Source: the human T2T-CHM13v2.0 reference genome, Homo sapiens
Direction: 5' to 3' (one strand)
Assembly (NCBI RefSeq): GCF_009914755.1
Contig: NC_060931.1
Length of the DNA: 64,000 nucleotides
In this document: one piece after another, positions 1-14,900 of the stretch
Layout: each line of letters starts with the position of its first letter
Numbering within the stretch: position 1 is the first letter of the stretch
Notes under the pieces: generated by a model
The model's database searches: none
The model's input: only the letters and a program-made list of their open reading frames with translations
Told to the model about the DNA's origin: nothing
Position numbers and translations under genes: made by a program

Positions 1-199
1 CTCTGCTGCTTTTCCTGCAGTCTTGGGAACTTGAATCAATTGGGAATGTGTTGATGGTCCACCTATAAATAATTATCCCAAAATAGCAACCAATTACTTT
101 ATTTGAAAACAAAACAAAACAAAACAAAAAAACACTAGCTGAATAAACTAGTATACTTAGTATTCGGATACTAATAACATAATTCAAAAACAGTTCTTT

Positions 200-546
<347 letters not shown>

Positions 547-3500
547 TTAAAACCATAGACAGTACCTACAATCTATATTTTCAATATCACATTAAAAAAG
601 CAGTGTAATATCAGTATATTATTGTGATTTATATGTCACAATTTATCCCTGCTTAAATATCATATAGAATGCTTAAAATTGTATTAATTCAAAGAATTAT
701 TCACAATGTCATTCCCAATGTCACTTTTTAGTTTAGAGCAGAGTATGCATGCACAGGGATTATTTGTGGTAACCATATTATGAAGTGTAGCATTATCTTT
801 TATTATAAATGATATGATATAATCAAAAGAGATGGCCTTTTGGGTTTAAAGACAAAATAAATGCCACGTTTACTAAATGGGTATATTTGAGATGATTGCT
901 TAAGCTTTCCAAATCCCATTTTTGCCACTCATAATAGGAATAAGAATGCTTACTTCATAGATTTGTCATGAAGATTAAATTAGATAATAAATGCCAAGTG
1001 CTTAGCACCATGGCTGGCTGAAGGTAAGGATTTATACATATTAGCCCTTATTATTATTGCTGCTGTTGTTCTTAGTTCTTCCCTTTGGTAGTGCATAGAG
1101 TCATGTAGTAACTGTTTGTACTTCCTATATTCTCAACTCTGAAATGAATTTTATTATCTAGCGTCTGTTCTTAACCTCACAAGAAAACATGCCTTAAACA
1201 TTAAATAAGCATAAAAATGAGGTCTTGATGCTCACACAGAGAAATAAGCATTTTCCAGAAGGAGTTGCCTTCAAATCAAAATATAATTGATACTACTCAG
1301 AAAAGAGATTTTCTCTCTGCACTGATTGACTTGAAAGCAGAATAGAAGACTGGAGTCACGGAGCCAGAAAATGTTTAGAGGTGGCTGGCTTCACATGTAT
1401 TTTCTAGTCCAACTATTAAGTTTGCAGATGAAGAACTGAGAACTCCCTGAAAGAGGAAACGGCTCCTCCTGAGACTTCCCCATAAGGAACTAGTAGCAGA
1501 ACCGTATTGGATTTGGTTTTAGTGCTTAGCCCCATGCTCTTCCACTATATTACATTTAAGGTAACATGTACGTTTTCATTTCTATTAGAAGTCATCAATG
1601 GGTGGACTTTGAGTGTGAGCATTTTGCCTTGCATGTAATAGATATTCTTAAAATAGTTGTGAAAGAATGAATCCCTCTTTTATCTATCCTATATATGAAA
1701 TGACTTTGTTGGTAAAAAAAAATGGCCAATTGCTCAGCAATTTACACTAGAGGATAATTTTACAACCGCAGGTATGGGACACACTTGGGTTCCTTTCCAC
1801 ACTTGGACATTTTATAGATGCATTTTTAAGGGAGGAGGAGATAACAGCAATCTCAGTTTTTTTCTGGAAAATAAAAATAATTGTTGTATGCCCAGTGGAA
1901 CTATGAAGGAGCATATTGGGCCCAAGAAAGTAAAGAATGTCTACACTTAAGCTATTTTTAAATAATAAATTAATTCATAGGAGAAACAGGAATGAGAGGC
2001 AAAAATGTCTAGTAATTAATATAAAGTCCAGCAAAATGACTTAAAAACAGTTATATTTGCAAAGAAGACTCAGCACACTTATGTCATAAAAATCCTTGTC
2101 TAGTCACAGTTTTAATTTATATATAAAATTAAAACCATAGACAGTACCTAAAATCTATATTTTCAATATCACATTAAAAAAGCAGTGTAATATAAAAAAT
2201 ATAAAAGCAGTATAAAAAATCTTATCTAGTCACAGTTTCAATTTCTCACAATTGTATGATCATTTTGACATTATAGGAGAGTAAGGATATGTAAGTTAGC
2301 TAAGAATTACAGCAGCTTTCGAGAAAGATAAGACAGAGAAGTGAGAGATGGAAAGAAATAGGGACAACTCATCGAAATCAATATAAAATATGTTAGTTAA
2401 TAGCACTGTTTGCAATCTTTAACAAATGTCCTCTAGTGGTTTTTAAGTATAGCACTTCATAAGCCTTTTGAAATGGCATGTTAAAGTAGTATTAAAAGGC
2501 TGACTTACCATTAGCATGCTATTTAATGTGTCATTTTAATTTTTAATTTTGGAGAGTTCCTAGAAATAGTGTATTGAGTGAGCATTAACAAAAGATTATT
2601 AAAACTCCAATGTCAACTTAATTGATATATCAGAATTCTTATGACAAATAGTTCATAAATTTGTTTCACACATTATGAAATGGAAAAAAGTAACAGGCAC
2701 ATGCTCTGTATATTGCTGTTAAGTGCATATCCTACCATAAAAACCTCTCCATTGTATAACAAGAGGCTTGTGAGATACTTGATGAAAGGGTAGCATCTCA
2801 CCTGCTAAATGATGTGGAAGAATTCTTTGACTGACCACACCATCTATAGAGATTTGACATTTTCCCTGTGCCTCACATAGCATTCTTCACAAAAGGTGAG
2901 TGTTGTTTGTATTACCTTGAATGCACACACACCGCCTTTCTTTCCTCCCATTTCTTTCCCATCTCCAGTCACAGTTCTTATAGTGTATTTTTCTGTAAGT
3001 AGTTGCAAAATATTCAATTAATAGCAGAGGGGACTTATTCAATGTCAATATATCCTTAAATAAAGAATAATAAAGAAGAAATTACTGTAGGGAATGGAAA
3101 ATCATTCTCTCCATCTCCAACAAAACTATATAAAACAAATCCATTTTCTAAAAATGTTAAAATCTTCCCAGTTGGCTGACCTTGTTTCAGTCCAGAAAGA
3201 CACAGATTTTTAGAACTAAGACTGTGAAGCCCACATCAATTTTGCAGTTTCAAGAGCTCAAATTCCTTATGAAATAAGCTGATGAAAGTGTTTAACCTGT
3301 CCAAATGAAAAATAAAATGCTGAGTATTTAAATGCCTCTGAAATTAAGTAAATCTGTTCTATACATGTTTTTCTTCTAATTTCTGCTTCTGATAGAAAAT
3401 AGTTTAGATGAGATTGTTTTAAATGCACAAATGGACAAGAAATCTACTGTAATATAAAGCCCTGTCCAAATTCCAGCTCTTCCCTTATTAGCTATGAAGC

Positions 3501-5128
3501 CTTAAGCAAGTCATTGACCTTTTTGGAGCTCAGTTTCCTATATGTAAGGTGAATGTGATTATAGCCGTTATTTAATATTGTTAATTATTAATTGAAAAGT
3601 TTAATGGAAAATGTCTTGCACATAGTAATTATTAAGCAAATGGCAACCATTTGAATCTTCACTAGAGGCTATTTTGTATTCTAAGTCAAGAAATATATTG
3701 GATAAGAATGAAATTAAGTTGACTACAGATGAACTTTTGATGTAAGTATGAGCCTATTTGTTCTAACTAACTATTCAGAAATTGGGGCAGTGTAATTCTT
3801 AAGTACAATTTAAGATGATCTTTTCCAACTCTCATATTTAAACACCAGGTAAACAACATTAGGAGTGGCTGTAGTTTGTTGGTTGCCAACTAGCTGGTTA
3901 GTGGCAGACACAGATTTGAACCTACATGTCTGTTGTGTGGATAAAGTTTTCCTCTTATATCCTGTCACTTATATGTTCAGTTTCCCTTGTATCTTAAAAT
4001 TTTATGAGGAATTAATTATGCTTTTTTAGTATATTCTTCAAGTCCATTATCAATTTCTTAAAGACACAAACTGGTTATTATACTGAATTCCTACTCTTCT
4101 CAGCATCTCAAAATGTAAGTTGCACAAAGCCAATAGGCATTTTTAAGTTGATTGTTAGAAGTAGAAATTATTATAAGTAAAAATCATTAGAAATATATTT
4201 CTGATTTTACTTACATTTTAGTCAATATTAAAATTAGGAGTTTTAATTAGGAAAATTAAGAAAATAAAGACGGTGATTTTCTCATGAAGTTGACTCATAT
4301 CTTTTGTACCTGTCTCCTTTCCAAACTCTGAAGTATAAAAAAGGTGGAAAAGGTGGTTTTATAAAACAAAACAAAACAAAACAAAAAACAAAGAAACAAA
4401 AAACCTTACAAGTTAATTCAGAGGTCTAAAAGCAAAAGCTTGATATCTGCAACAGGAGCTTGATGTACAGAAACTAGAAGGCAACAAAGGTCACACTGAC
4501 CTATTATTTAATTAGAAAGAACAAAAGTTTTCTCAATGACCCTAACAGTTCTTTAAACTGAATTGAAGATGCTGGTAGACTGTAACTTTCAGCAGATCGT
4601 CGTCAGTTCTAAGGTTATTTCGTCAGTTCTGTTACCATTACAGCCAAGACATCATACGACAGACTACTTCAAATCTCACCTCTACTTGCCAAATCCGGGA
4701 TGAGAACAGGACAGGTGACACAGCAGACGGTGGCTTCTCCACGCTCATGGTTGGCTGAAGTTGCCTTCTAGATGGGCTTTCCTTTTTATAAAACTAAACA
4801 GCATATCACACTGGAAATTGTTTTTGCCTTGTAGATATATCTGGTAACAAATTCTGACATATTGGATTTTATAAATTCTATTTAAGCCTTACAGGAGATT
4901 TTAAGTTTCCTAAAATTCTTGCTGTGTTCATTCCCAATTATAGACTAGTAAGTGTTCACACAGACTCTAACGAGTTTTTCTTACTGAGAAAGGGTGCACA
5001 AACTCATAATGGGGGAGAATAGTCAAGATAAAAAATGTTGGCATCAGTAATTAAACAGGTTTGCTTTCCCTAATGCCAACCATGGTGGGTATTTATTTCC
5101 TCTTTATTTTGAAGACCACATGTTAGAC

Positions 5129-5795
5129 TGTCTTTTAGTCAGGTAAGATTGCTGTAACAAATTACCATAGATTGGGTGATTGTAAACAATATAAATTTAT
5201 TTCTTATAGTTTTGGGGACTGGAAATCTAAGATCAGGGTGCTAGCATCATCGAGTTTGGGTGAAGGCCCTGTACAAGGTTGCAGACTGCTAGTTCCTTGT
5301 TGTATCACCATATAGCGAAGAGAACGAGCTAGCTGTCTGGTCACTTCTTAAGGTGGGACTAGGCTGGGCGCATTGGCTGACGCCTGTAATCCCAGCACTT
5401 TGGGAGGCTGAGGTGGGTGGATCACGAGGTCAAGAGACCGAGGCCATCCTGGCCAACATGGTGAAACCCCATCTCTACTAAAAATACAAAAATTAGCCGG
5501 GCATGGTGGCACACACCTGTAATCTCAGCTACTCAGGAGGCTGAAGCAGGAGAATCACTGGAACTCATGAGGCGGAAGTTGCAGTGAGCCAAGGTCACGC
5601 CAATGCACTCCAGCCTGGTGACAGAGTGAGACTCCGTCTCAAAAAAAAAAAAAAAAAAAAAAAAGGACTAATCCCATTCATAAGGCCTCCACCCTCATGA
5701 CCTAATTAACTCACAAAGGCCCCACCTCCAAATGCTGTTTTATTGGGGGTCAGATTTCAACATGAATTTTGGGAGGGGACACCAACATTTGGGCA
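5129..5795 (-). mobile_element. MaLR LTR (MLT1A/MSTD-like) interrupted by an Alu
   Basis: tgtcttttagtc...gctgtaacaaattaccatag start; ctaatcccattcat...catgaattttgggagggg end; typical MLT1A motifs. Confidence 0.7.
5362..5664 (+). mobile_element. AluS (Sc-like)
   Basis: Full dimer with poly-A; ggatcacgaggtcaagag diagnostic; flanking ggacta repeat. Confidence 0.93.
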
Positions 5796-6698
5796 ATGAG
5801 GGATTAGATCTACTAAACTCAAAAAACTGTGTATTGCTATTCCAAAGAATGGTATTTTTTCATAATTCTTTTTTATGAGTATGCTATAATATTTACAATG
5901 TAGCAGTGACTAATCAAAAACCCACCTGTCCGACATTAATTCAGGCATCCATAAGAAGAGATAATCTGAACTGTCCCTAGAATACAAATCTTGAATCTGA
6001 CAGGTACTATTTCACTTTGGGCAAACTACTTAATTTTTGAGCTTCAACTTCTTTATCCTTAAAGATGAAACAAAGAAATTCTTCATTGATAGAAAGAAAA
6101 TAATTTCAACAAGCATTCTGTTGAGTATCTTATGAAGTCTCCTCAGCTCAGTGCCACACTTACCTAATCCTCTCGATTCGCATTCGGTTGTTCTCTTCCC
6201 ATTCCATTTTGTGTTAGTTTCTTATATGGCACAATTTCCACAAACTTATGCCTTAGAACAGACATTTATTATTTTACTGTTTTTGTGGACCAGGTGTCTG
6301 GGCATGGCCTAGCCCATCGGCGTGTCAGCCTAGGCTGTGGTCTGGGCTGAGATTCAGGCTTCTTGTGCAAGCTCGAATACTGTTGGCAGAAGTCTTTTTA
6401 TCGCAGCTATAGAACTCAGGATGGTTTACTTCTTCAGGGATGGCAGGAGAGACAGCCTTTGTTGCTACAAATCTCAAATCTCTGTATCCTCTTTTAAAGG
6501 GGTCATCTGCCTAACTCAGGCCCACTAAGGATGGTCACTCTTCTGACCTAAAATCAACTAATTGGAGACCTGTGAGCATCAGTTGTATGTGTCCATTTGG
6601 CAAGGCTACCTTCTTGGGTTGGCCAATCAAACATTAACTTAGGTGTTGTATGGAAGTATTTTATAGACAAGATTAAACTCCATAATAAATTGACTTTA

Positions 6699-7007
6699 TT
6701 TATTTATTTGTTTGTTTGTTTTTTCCAAGACATAGTCTTGCTCTGTCGCCCAGGCTGAAGTGCAGTGACTCAATCTCAGCTCACTGCAACCTCCGCCTCC
6801 CAGGTTCAAGCTGATTCTCCTGCCTCCACCTCCCAAGCAGCTGGGATTACAGGCATATGCCACCACGCCAAGCTAACTTTTGTATTTTTAGTAGAGATGG
6901 GGTTTCACCATGTTGACCAGGCTGGTCTCGAGCTCCTGGACTCGTGATCCGCCAACCTCAGCCTCCCAAAGTGCTGGAACTACAGGCATGAGCCACTGCG
7001 CTTGGCC
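6699..7007 (-). mobile_element. AluS
   Basis: Reverse Alu dimer; 24-bp TSD aaactccataataaatt(g/t)acttta at 6675-6698 and 7010-7033. Confidence 0.93.
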
Positions 7008-7203
7008 ACAAACTCCATAATAAATTTACTTTAAGTAAAGGAGGCTATCTCCAATAGTCTAGCTGGTCCTGGGCTTCTTCCCAAGAGTTTCCAGTCTGCC
7101 TTTCCTGACAGCCTGTCCTATGGACTTCAGAACTGCCAAATCATCCCCTACATTGCATAAGCCAATTTCGTGAAATACATCTTAATATTTGTGTATCCTC
7201 CCG

Positions 7204-7619
7204 TGTGTTAGTCCTTTCTGCATTGCTGTAAAGGAATACCTGCAGCTAGGTCATTTATAAAACAAAAGAGTTTATTTGGCTCATGGTTCTGCAGGCTGTA
7301 CAGGAAGTGCTGGCGTCTTCTGGTGAGACCTCAGAAACTTTTACTCGTGGCAGAAGGCAAGGGAAATCTGTTTTCACATGGCGAGAGAGGGAGTGAAAGA
7401 GAGAGGAAGTGCCAGGCCATTTTTAACAATCAGATCTCATGGGGAAAATATAGAGCAAGAATTCACTCATCACCCGGGGAAGGGCACAGAGCCATTTATG
7501 AGGGATCCACCCCCATGACCCAAACACCTCTCACTAGGCCCCACCTCCAACATTAGGAATTACATTTCAATGTTAGAATGGCAGGGTAGGGGGAGAGCAT
7601 AAATATGCAAACTCTATCA
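7204..7619 (-). mobile_element. MST (MSTA/MSTB-like) MaLR LTR
   Basis: TG...CA termini, MST motifs (ggctcatggttctgcaggctgtacaggaag; ccccatgacccaaacacctc), TSD tcccg/tcctg. Confidence 0.85.
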
Positions 7620-8105
7620 TCCTGGTTCTGTTTCTTCAGTGAATCCCTGGCTGATATAGGACCTTAATTACATATACTAAATCCACTTACTATGCTGTAT
7701 AACATAACCATAATCAGAAAAGAAAACCCATCATATTCACAGATTCTGTTCACCCTCAGAAGAAGGGGATTATACAGGTCACCTGTCCCAGAGGCAAGGA
7801 CATATAGGGGCCATCTCAGAATTCTGTCTTCCACATATTCTCCAACTATTTACTTTTTATTTTCTAATAAATTCTATTCACGGAGAACAAACAGTATGAC
7901 TTTCTGGGATGGGACAGTAAGAAAGCAGTTGGTAGGGGAGGGAAGAGGTCACATAAATAATGGAATTAAAGCTTTACGTAACATAGAGATTGAGTAAAGA
8001 TATAAAAGCTGGCCCTTTCTGACAATCGGAGATCCAGTTCCCCAAACTCATTAGCTGCTAATCTCAAAGTTGCTTACTTACTATCATTCTCTGTTTTCTA
8101 GTAGG

Positions 8106-8310
8106 TAGAGTTGTCCAATAGAATTTTCTGTGATAGAGGAAATATTCCACTTCTGCTTTGTTCAATACAGTAGCCACTAGCCATATGTAGCTATGGAGCA
8201 TTCAAAATGTGGCTATAGTGGCTGAGAAACAGAATTTTTGTTATTAACTAATTTAAATTTAAGTTCAATTAATCATATTGGGATAGTGGCTGCAGTATTA
8301 GACAACACAG
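8106..8310. mobile_element. MER3-like hAT-Charlie non-autonomous DNA transposon
   Basis: gttgtccaatagaattttctgtgat...gtagccactagccatatgtagcta...tattagacaacacag. Confidence 0.7.
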
Positions 8311-11111
8311 CATAGAGGAATAATCTATCGGTCACAGCTGGATTTCTACAGGAAACTTGACAGCTTTGGCTATAAATAAGACCTGTGATATGTCTGCAGT
8401 TTCAACATTTGTTTTATTAATGTGTACCTGACAAACAAATGACCTGAAAATCTCTTTTCAACCAGAAACAAAATAGACTGGCTCAGTACTATGCTTTTTA
8501 CATATTGCAATTTTATGTGCTTTGTTTTCACTTTAAAGAAAATATATTGTGCCTATCTACAATCTCAGAGGGAAATTAGGTATATAGCATAGTCTCTTTT
8601 CACGTGGAATCTTTTGAGGGGGACTAGATTCATCCGAAACACTCAAATAAAAATATAAATAGACATAAATGCAGAGGCAGAAAAAGCACATTGCCTGTCG
8701 GGGAAAAATGAGCTATCAATTCTTCTGTAGCCAAAACCACATATGGTTAGCTCATTTTCAAGGTTCAAATGCTCTGAGAAGTGTCATCGTATTAACCACA
8801 CCTAAGAACGGATATTCGGGGAATTCTGAGATCCTAACTGACAGTCTGATCAGAAGTTGGGTCCTAGAGAGCTCAGAAGGACTGTTAGAATGCTGATCTG
8901 ATCCAGAGATTACCCAATGCTAGGATTTTAGTCTTTGATTTCTATATAGCCTACCTGTGGTTCCAGGGAATTTGAAGAGCTTTGCATTTGTCATTAAACT
9001 GAAAGAGTCATATAGCCTTGCCAGGGAAAGAAGACAGGGATGCAACTGCTGATTAAGGCCCCATGTTTTTATGTCCTTCTTAGAGTACGGATTCCATGTC
9101 AGGCAACTTTAACTAGCTTTCACAAATTTCTCTTGAATATACTCATATTGTTGGCTGGAAGGTTTAAGGAATTATTTGAGAAGGCTTCTCATTTACGATG
9201 GAAATGTATCAGAACATGATTTAAAACTAAATAGCAGAGACCTCTGTTTTCAAAAGAAGCATAATTAAAGGAAATTTACCACTGGCAGTGTGTGTGTGTG
9301 TGTGTGTATTTGCTTCACTCCAGGCCCAGGACCTGGGTATATGGTTTGGCCTCTCTTTTTCTCCCAGGACCTCATTATGTATCCCTCTGTGTCTTCAACT
9401 CTGTGGGACTCTTGCTTGACTTCTTCCAGCTGTTTCACCATAGACACATTCCTTTTATTTTGCTGTGTAAAGCAATTCAACCCAGCCTTCTGACTGGTGC
9501 TCTAGGGCCTATAATTTCATCGGCAAATGGCCCATCAAAGTGTTTAGTTAAATTTTCTCCATAACAGAAATTTTCAAGCAATGTTTTAAAATAGTGACTT
9601 TTTCTTCTTTTTAACAAATAATGAAGTGATACTTTTAAAGTTATTCAGCTAACAGGTATAAAGCAGATTATCCTGCAAAAAAAAAAAAAAGATGTATACA
9701 TTCCTCCAACCATACTCTGTGGGAACAGCAGCAGGACTGCCCCGTGCATCTTTCAGCAAGCAGGAGATGCATCCCTCTCTTGTACCATTTATATTAGGCT
9801 TTAATTATCTCTCTACATAACTGCAGTCCCCAAATATGAAATGAGTTCCTGATGGCAGAAAAAGCTTCATATCAATTTTTGTAACCCCAGGCCCTAGTAT
9901 GCTCTCTGGCACCTAATTATAGCAATCAGTGAATACTTGATAGGGTCATCATTCACTTAACAGATATTCCCTGGCCACATATGAGAAAGTGACATTTAAG
10001 CTGAGATCTGTAAAATGAGTAAGAGTGAGACATGTGGAAAAGAAGATACGGGTAGTTAAGGCTGAGGGAGTGGCACAGAATGAATCAACTAGCAAGTTAA
10101 TGAATGACCAAAAATGCTGGTCTATGTAGTACTAGACAGAGGATCACAAATATCTTGTTTCAAGTCATTCTTGAGAGTTCTGGCCATCTGTATCAAAAAC
10201 TTTTGTTTGGTCATAATAACAATCATTGATTCAGTAACAATGACTAAGAACCAACCATGTACTAGGGGCTGGATATGCCCAGGGTATCATGATGAAAATA
10301 AAAACCAGTCTCTGCCTTTGTGGGGAGACTGACATTACAGATCTGCACAGTGGAGGTCATATTGCACCTGTACTCATCCTGGAGGATGGTAGTGCTCTCA
10401 AGGTAATAGAAGCCAACGGAAATGTGACTTCAGTAGTGATCTGAGGGAGAACTTCTCCAGGGAGGTGATGGCTGGTTGAGCTTTGGAAAGTAGGTGAAGG
10501 TAGGAGGAAGGGTCATATTTCAGGTAAACAAAAGAGCATAAACAGAACTCTTGGGGCAGAAAGACAAGGCTGGTGTGGCTGCAGCACCGAGATTGAAGGG
10601 TGATTTGGTATGAAATAAGGCTGGAGAGTTGACAAATCCTGCAATAGATGGCTTTTTAGGCAATGTTCCTGATTTCTGGTTTTGATTCCATTAGAAACCC
10701 AAAGAGATGCCACCAAACTATCTTAAGCCAACAGTTTGTATGTGTTGGAGTGATGGACATGGAGGAAGCATATCATGATCATGTCTGCTCTGGGTAAGCC
10801 TTGCTCTGGCTGTGGTGTAGAGGACAGGTCTGAAGGCAGAAAGAGAAGACTTGGTAACACCTGTCACAGGATATGACTGCAGTGCCAGGGTGAGACCTGG
10901 CAGCCTAGACTAGGATGGTGGTAGCAGAGTGGAAATATCTGGGAGGATTGAAGAGCTATTAGAAGGTAAAATCTACAGAACTTGGTTGTGGGTTACATGT
11001 GGGCTGTGGTGGAAAAAAGTGCTGGAAATGCCTCCCATGTGTCAGTCTGGTTTTACCTGGTATTGGGCAATACCATGCAGGTATGGACTGATGGGAGAGA
11101 CTCAGATTTAA

Positions 11112-11464
<353 letters not shown>

Positions 11465-11473
11465 CCTTTTCTT

Positions 11474-11735
11474 TTTTTTTTTTTTTTAACTTTTATTTTA
11501 AGTTCAGGACTACATATGCAGGTTTGTTTTATGGATAAGAAAATGTGGTACATATATTCCACAAAATACTATGTAGCCATAAAAAGAATGAGATCATGTC
11601 CTTTGCAGGGACACGGATGAAACTGGAGAGCATCATCCTTAGTAAACTAATGCAGGAATGTAAAAAAAAAAAAAAAACCACAAATACTGTATGTTCTCGC
11701 TTGTAAGTGGCAGCTAAATAATGAGCACACATGGT
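11474..11735. mobile_element. Short L1PA insertion with internal inversion
   Basis: Minus-strand L1 tail and 3' end (to ~11530) fused to a plus-strand ORF2-end segment (atggataagaaaatgtggtacata...). Confidence 0.75.
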
Positions 11736-13974
11736 AAATGTTGAATCCGAAGTGCCTTTACGGCATCTACAAGGTGTTGCGTGGATAACTAAATAAAGGA
11801 GTCAAGATCTCAGCTTGGATAGGACAAACGACAAATTGTGACTTAGCTATGCATAGGAGAGGTAATTGAAACCGTGTTTGGATGAGATCACCTAAGGGTG
11901 AGAATAGAGGGTGAGAAAAGAAGAGCATCTAAGACTGGTCCTTAGATCTAAAAATAATGGCTGAATAATGGAACATAAGCTTCAAAGCAGACAGAGAATG
12001 AGTGGCAGGTAGGTCAGGGGAAATCTAGAAGGGAGATGTGACAAGAAAGCATGCCAGGAAGACAGAAATGGGCACCAGGGATGAGCACTGCTAAGAGATC
12101 ATGCAAGATGAGGACTAAAATATTGTCCAGGAAATTAGTAAAATTGAAGTTGTTGGTGACCATAGCATGAGTTGTTTATGGAAGGGACGGAAATTTAAAC
12201 CTGGGTGATGTGAATGGAGTATGGGGATGAAGGGTGGGGTTAGGAGATTGAGTCAGAAAATGCAGTGTGGCATTTCCAAATGAAACACAGCATCAGATAA
12301 TAGGATAAAGATGAGGCATTTCATTTGTTCGCTCTTTTAAACAGCCTGCTTTTGGAATCAAGATGGTGAATTCAATTAACCTATTATTATTTCTTGGTAT
12401 ATGACAGTTCACTAGCTATTGCACTCCGTAGAATTTATTTCATTCTATTCACCCTGGCTGAAGAACCATAGGTAAGATCCAACATTTTCAGTGGCAGCCC
12501 CTCAAAACCAACGTGTTTCCCTGATAATCATTCTGCTTCCCTTCTTTTGTTGTTTCTGGAGATCTCCATCTGCTCTTCCATTTATCATCTGCTTGATATT
12601 CTTGGATGGTGTGCTTGGTTGGCCTATGCTATGGGTTCAGATAGGCAAGTAACTATATTCCCCTTCCCCATTACAGATGATGTGCCTCATTTAGCTATGA
12701 TAAATATTTGCTCATTTCCTCACATCTGCATATGGCACTGCTACCAATCCATCTTTTCCTCCCCATCCTCATCTCTGCTAAGTTCTTTTCCTGCCACCAT
12801 TTCTATGGTTGACCAGTTAGCATTTAAGAAAATATGCTGACAGTAGCCGCATCATGGATTAGCATTTCTTCATGTTCATAATGCAAAAGCCCCATTAGAT
12901 GTAAAAAACTTGCTTTCTTATCTTTCCTTTGTTACACTTATATGGAACCTTTTAGAAGTTCTATTTATAAGTAGAATGATATGAATAAATAGAAATGTGC
13001 CAGTGAAATAGAATAGGCCAAAATATACATCATATTAAAAATGAAAATCAATCATTTAAATAATATTATGGCTCTTTGAAATAATATTATACCCTATATC
13101 AGGAGGTTTGTGTTTTGTCTTATTTCATTTTCAGTATGTTTCTATTGAAAGTGAGATTGCCATCAAGAATTCTCAAAACCTTCTGGGGTGAGATTTCAGA
13201 GCTTCAACTATGTTAATAGCTGTGCTTGGCATATCTAATGGTGTTTTGCTCCTTCTGAAGCATTTTTTTTAATTAGACAATACATTTATAACCAAGCTCA
13301 GTGAGGGTCCAGATTGTGGATGAGGATTAAATTGAGATTAAGATATAAGTGTCTGGTCCATTTTAGGAAGTTGTCAAACACCGTTAAGAGTACACAGTAA
13401 TGTTATTCTCTGATTGTTGAATATAGGCAAGTTTCAAAAGGACCCTTCACAGTTATGAAACTTTTAAGTTTGCTATAGTGAAAAGATTGATACATGGGAA
13501 TAAAAATTCACTCATGAATCTCATTTTATAAATAAATGCTTCATTTATGTAAATTGTTTGTACTTTGTGTGGGTAAACAATATTGATTGCACATCTAGTT
13601 GAAATTACTGGATGAGAAGTATTAGTATCCTATTCTTATGTGTCGATTTAACCTACAGCCTGGGTTCTCTTGACTGCCACATTCCTTTAATTTCCTTTAC
13701 TTTTATATACTCATTTATCTAGAACTTAAGAAATCCCCATGGCTTGTGGTAACATGAACTGAAGATGGTATTACAACACATTTCCTTCTAGCTCTACCCA
13801 GCACGAAAGCTTTATTATAAGGATTCTGGTTCTTCTTGCTATTTGGGGAGTAATATTTTGAAAATTCATAAGATTATGTCCATCAAGCATTCCAGACTAA
13901 CAATAATAATAGTATATGAATGTATGAAATACCATAACATTTTTAATATGATATTTTTAAATGAATAAATTTCT

Positions 13975-14900
13975 TCTTTTTTCTTTTTTTTAAATTATAC
14001 TTTAAGTTCTAGGGTACATGTGTACAACGTGCAGGTTTGTTACATATGTATACATGTGCCATGTTGGTGTGCTACACCCATTAACTGGTCATTTACATTA
14101 GGTATATCTCCTAATGCTATCCCTCCCCCTTCCCCCTACCCCACGATAGGCCCCAGTGTGTGATGTTCCCCACCCTGTGTCCAAATATTCTCATTGTTCA
14201 ATTCCCATCTATGAGTGAGAACATGTGGTGTTTGGTTTTCTGTACCTGCGATAGTTTGCTCAGAATGATGGTTTCCAGCTTCATCCATTTCCCTACAAAG
14301 AACCTGAACTCATCCTTTTTTATGGCTGCGTAGTATTCCATGGTGTATATATGCCACATTTTCTTAATCCAGTCTATCATTGATGGACATTTGGGTTGGT
14401 TCCAAGTCTTTGCTATTGTGAATAGTGCTGCAGTAAACATACGTGTGCAAGTGTCTTTATAGCAGCATGATTTATAATCCTTTGGGTATATACCCAGTAA
14501 TGGGACAGCTGGGTCAAATAGTATTTCTAGTTCTAGATCCTTGAGGAATCGCCACACTGTCTTCCACAAAGGTTGAACTAGTTTACAGTCCCACCAACAG
14601 TGTAAAAGTGTTCCTATTTCTCCACATCCTCTCCAGCACCGGTTGTTTCCTGACTTGTTAATGAACACCATTCTAACTGGTGTGAGATGGTATCTCATTG
14701 TGGTTTTGATTTGCATTTCCCCGATGGCCAGTGATGATGAGCATTTTTTCATGTGTCTGTTGGCTGCATAAATGTCTTCTTTTGAGAAGTGTCTGTTCAT
14801 ATCCTTTGCCCACTTTTTGATGGGGTTGTTTGATTTTTTCTTGCAAATTTGTTTAAGTTCTTTGTAGATTCTGGATATTAGCCCTTTGTCAGATGGGTAG
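13975..14900 (-). mobile_element. 5'-truncated L1PA (about PA4-PA6), ORF2 C-terminus plus 3'UTR
   Basis: ORF 14198-14800 encodes the L1 ORF2 Cys-rich end ([18 protein letters not shown]); TSD tatttttaa(a/g)tgaataaatttct at 13952-13974 and 14901-14923. Confidence 0.95.

Larger units (their letters stand above)
6571..7658 (+). mobile_element. MLT2 (ERVL) LTR containing an Alu and an MST LTR
   Basis: tgtgagcatcagttgtatgtgtc start; cctggttctgtttct...ctgatata end; 5-bp TSD agacc/ggacc. Confidence 0.7.
6210..7840 (-). mobile_element. MLT1-type LTR split by a nested MLT2
   Basis: MLT1-like motifs at 6210-6570 resume at ~7664-7840. Confidence 0.55.
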
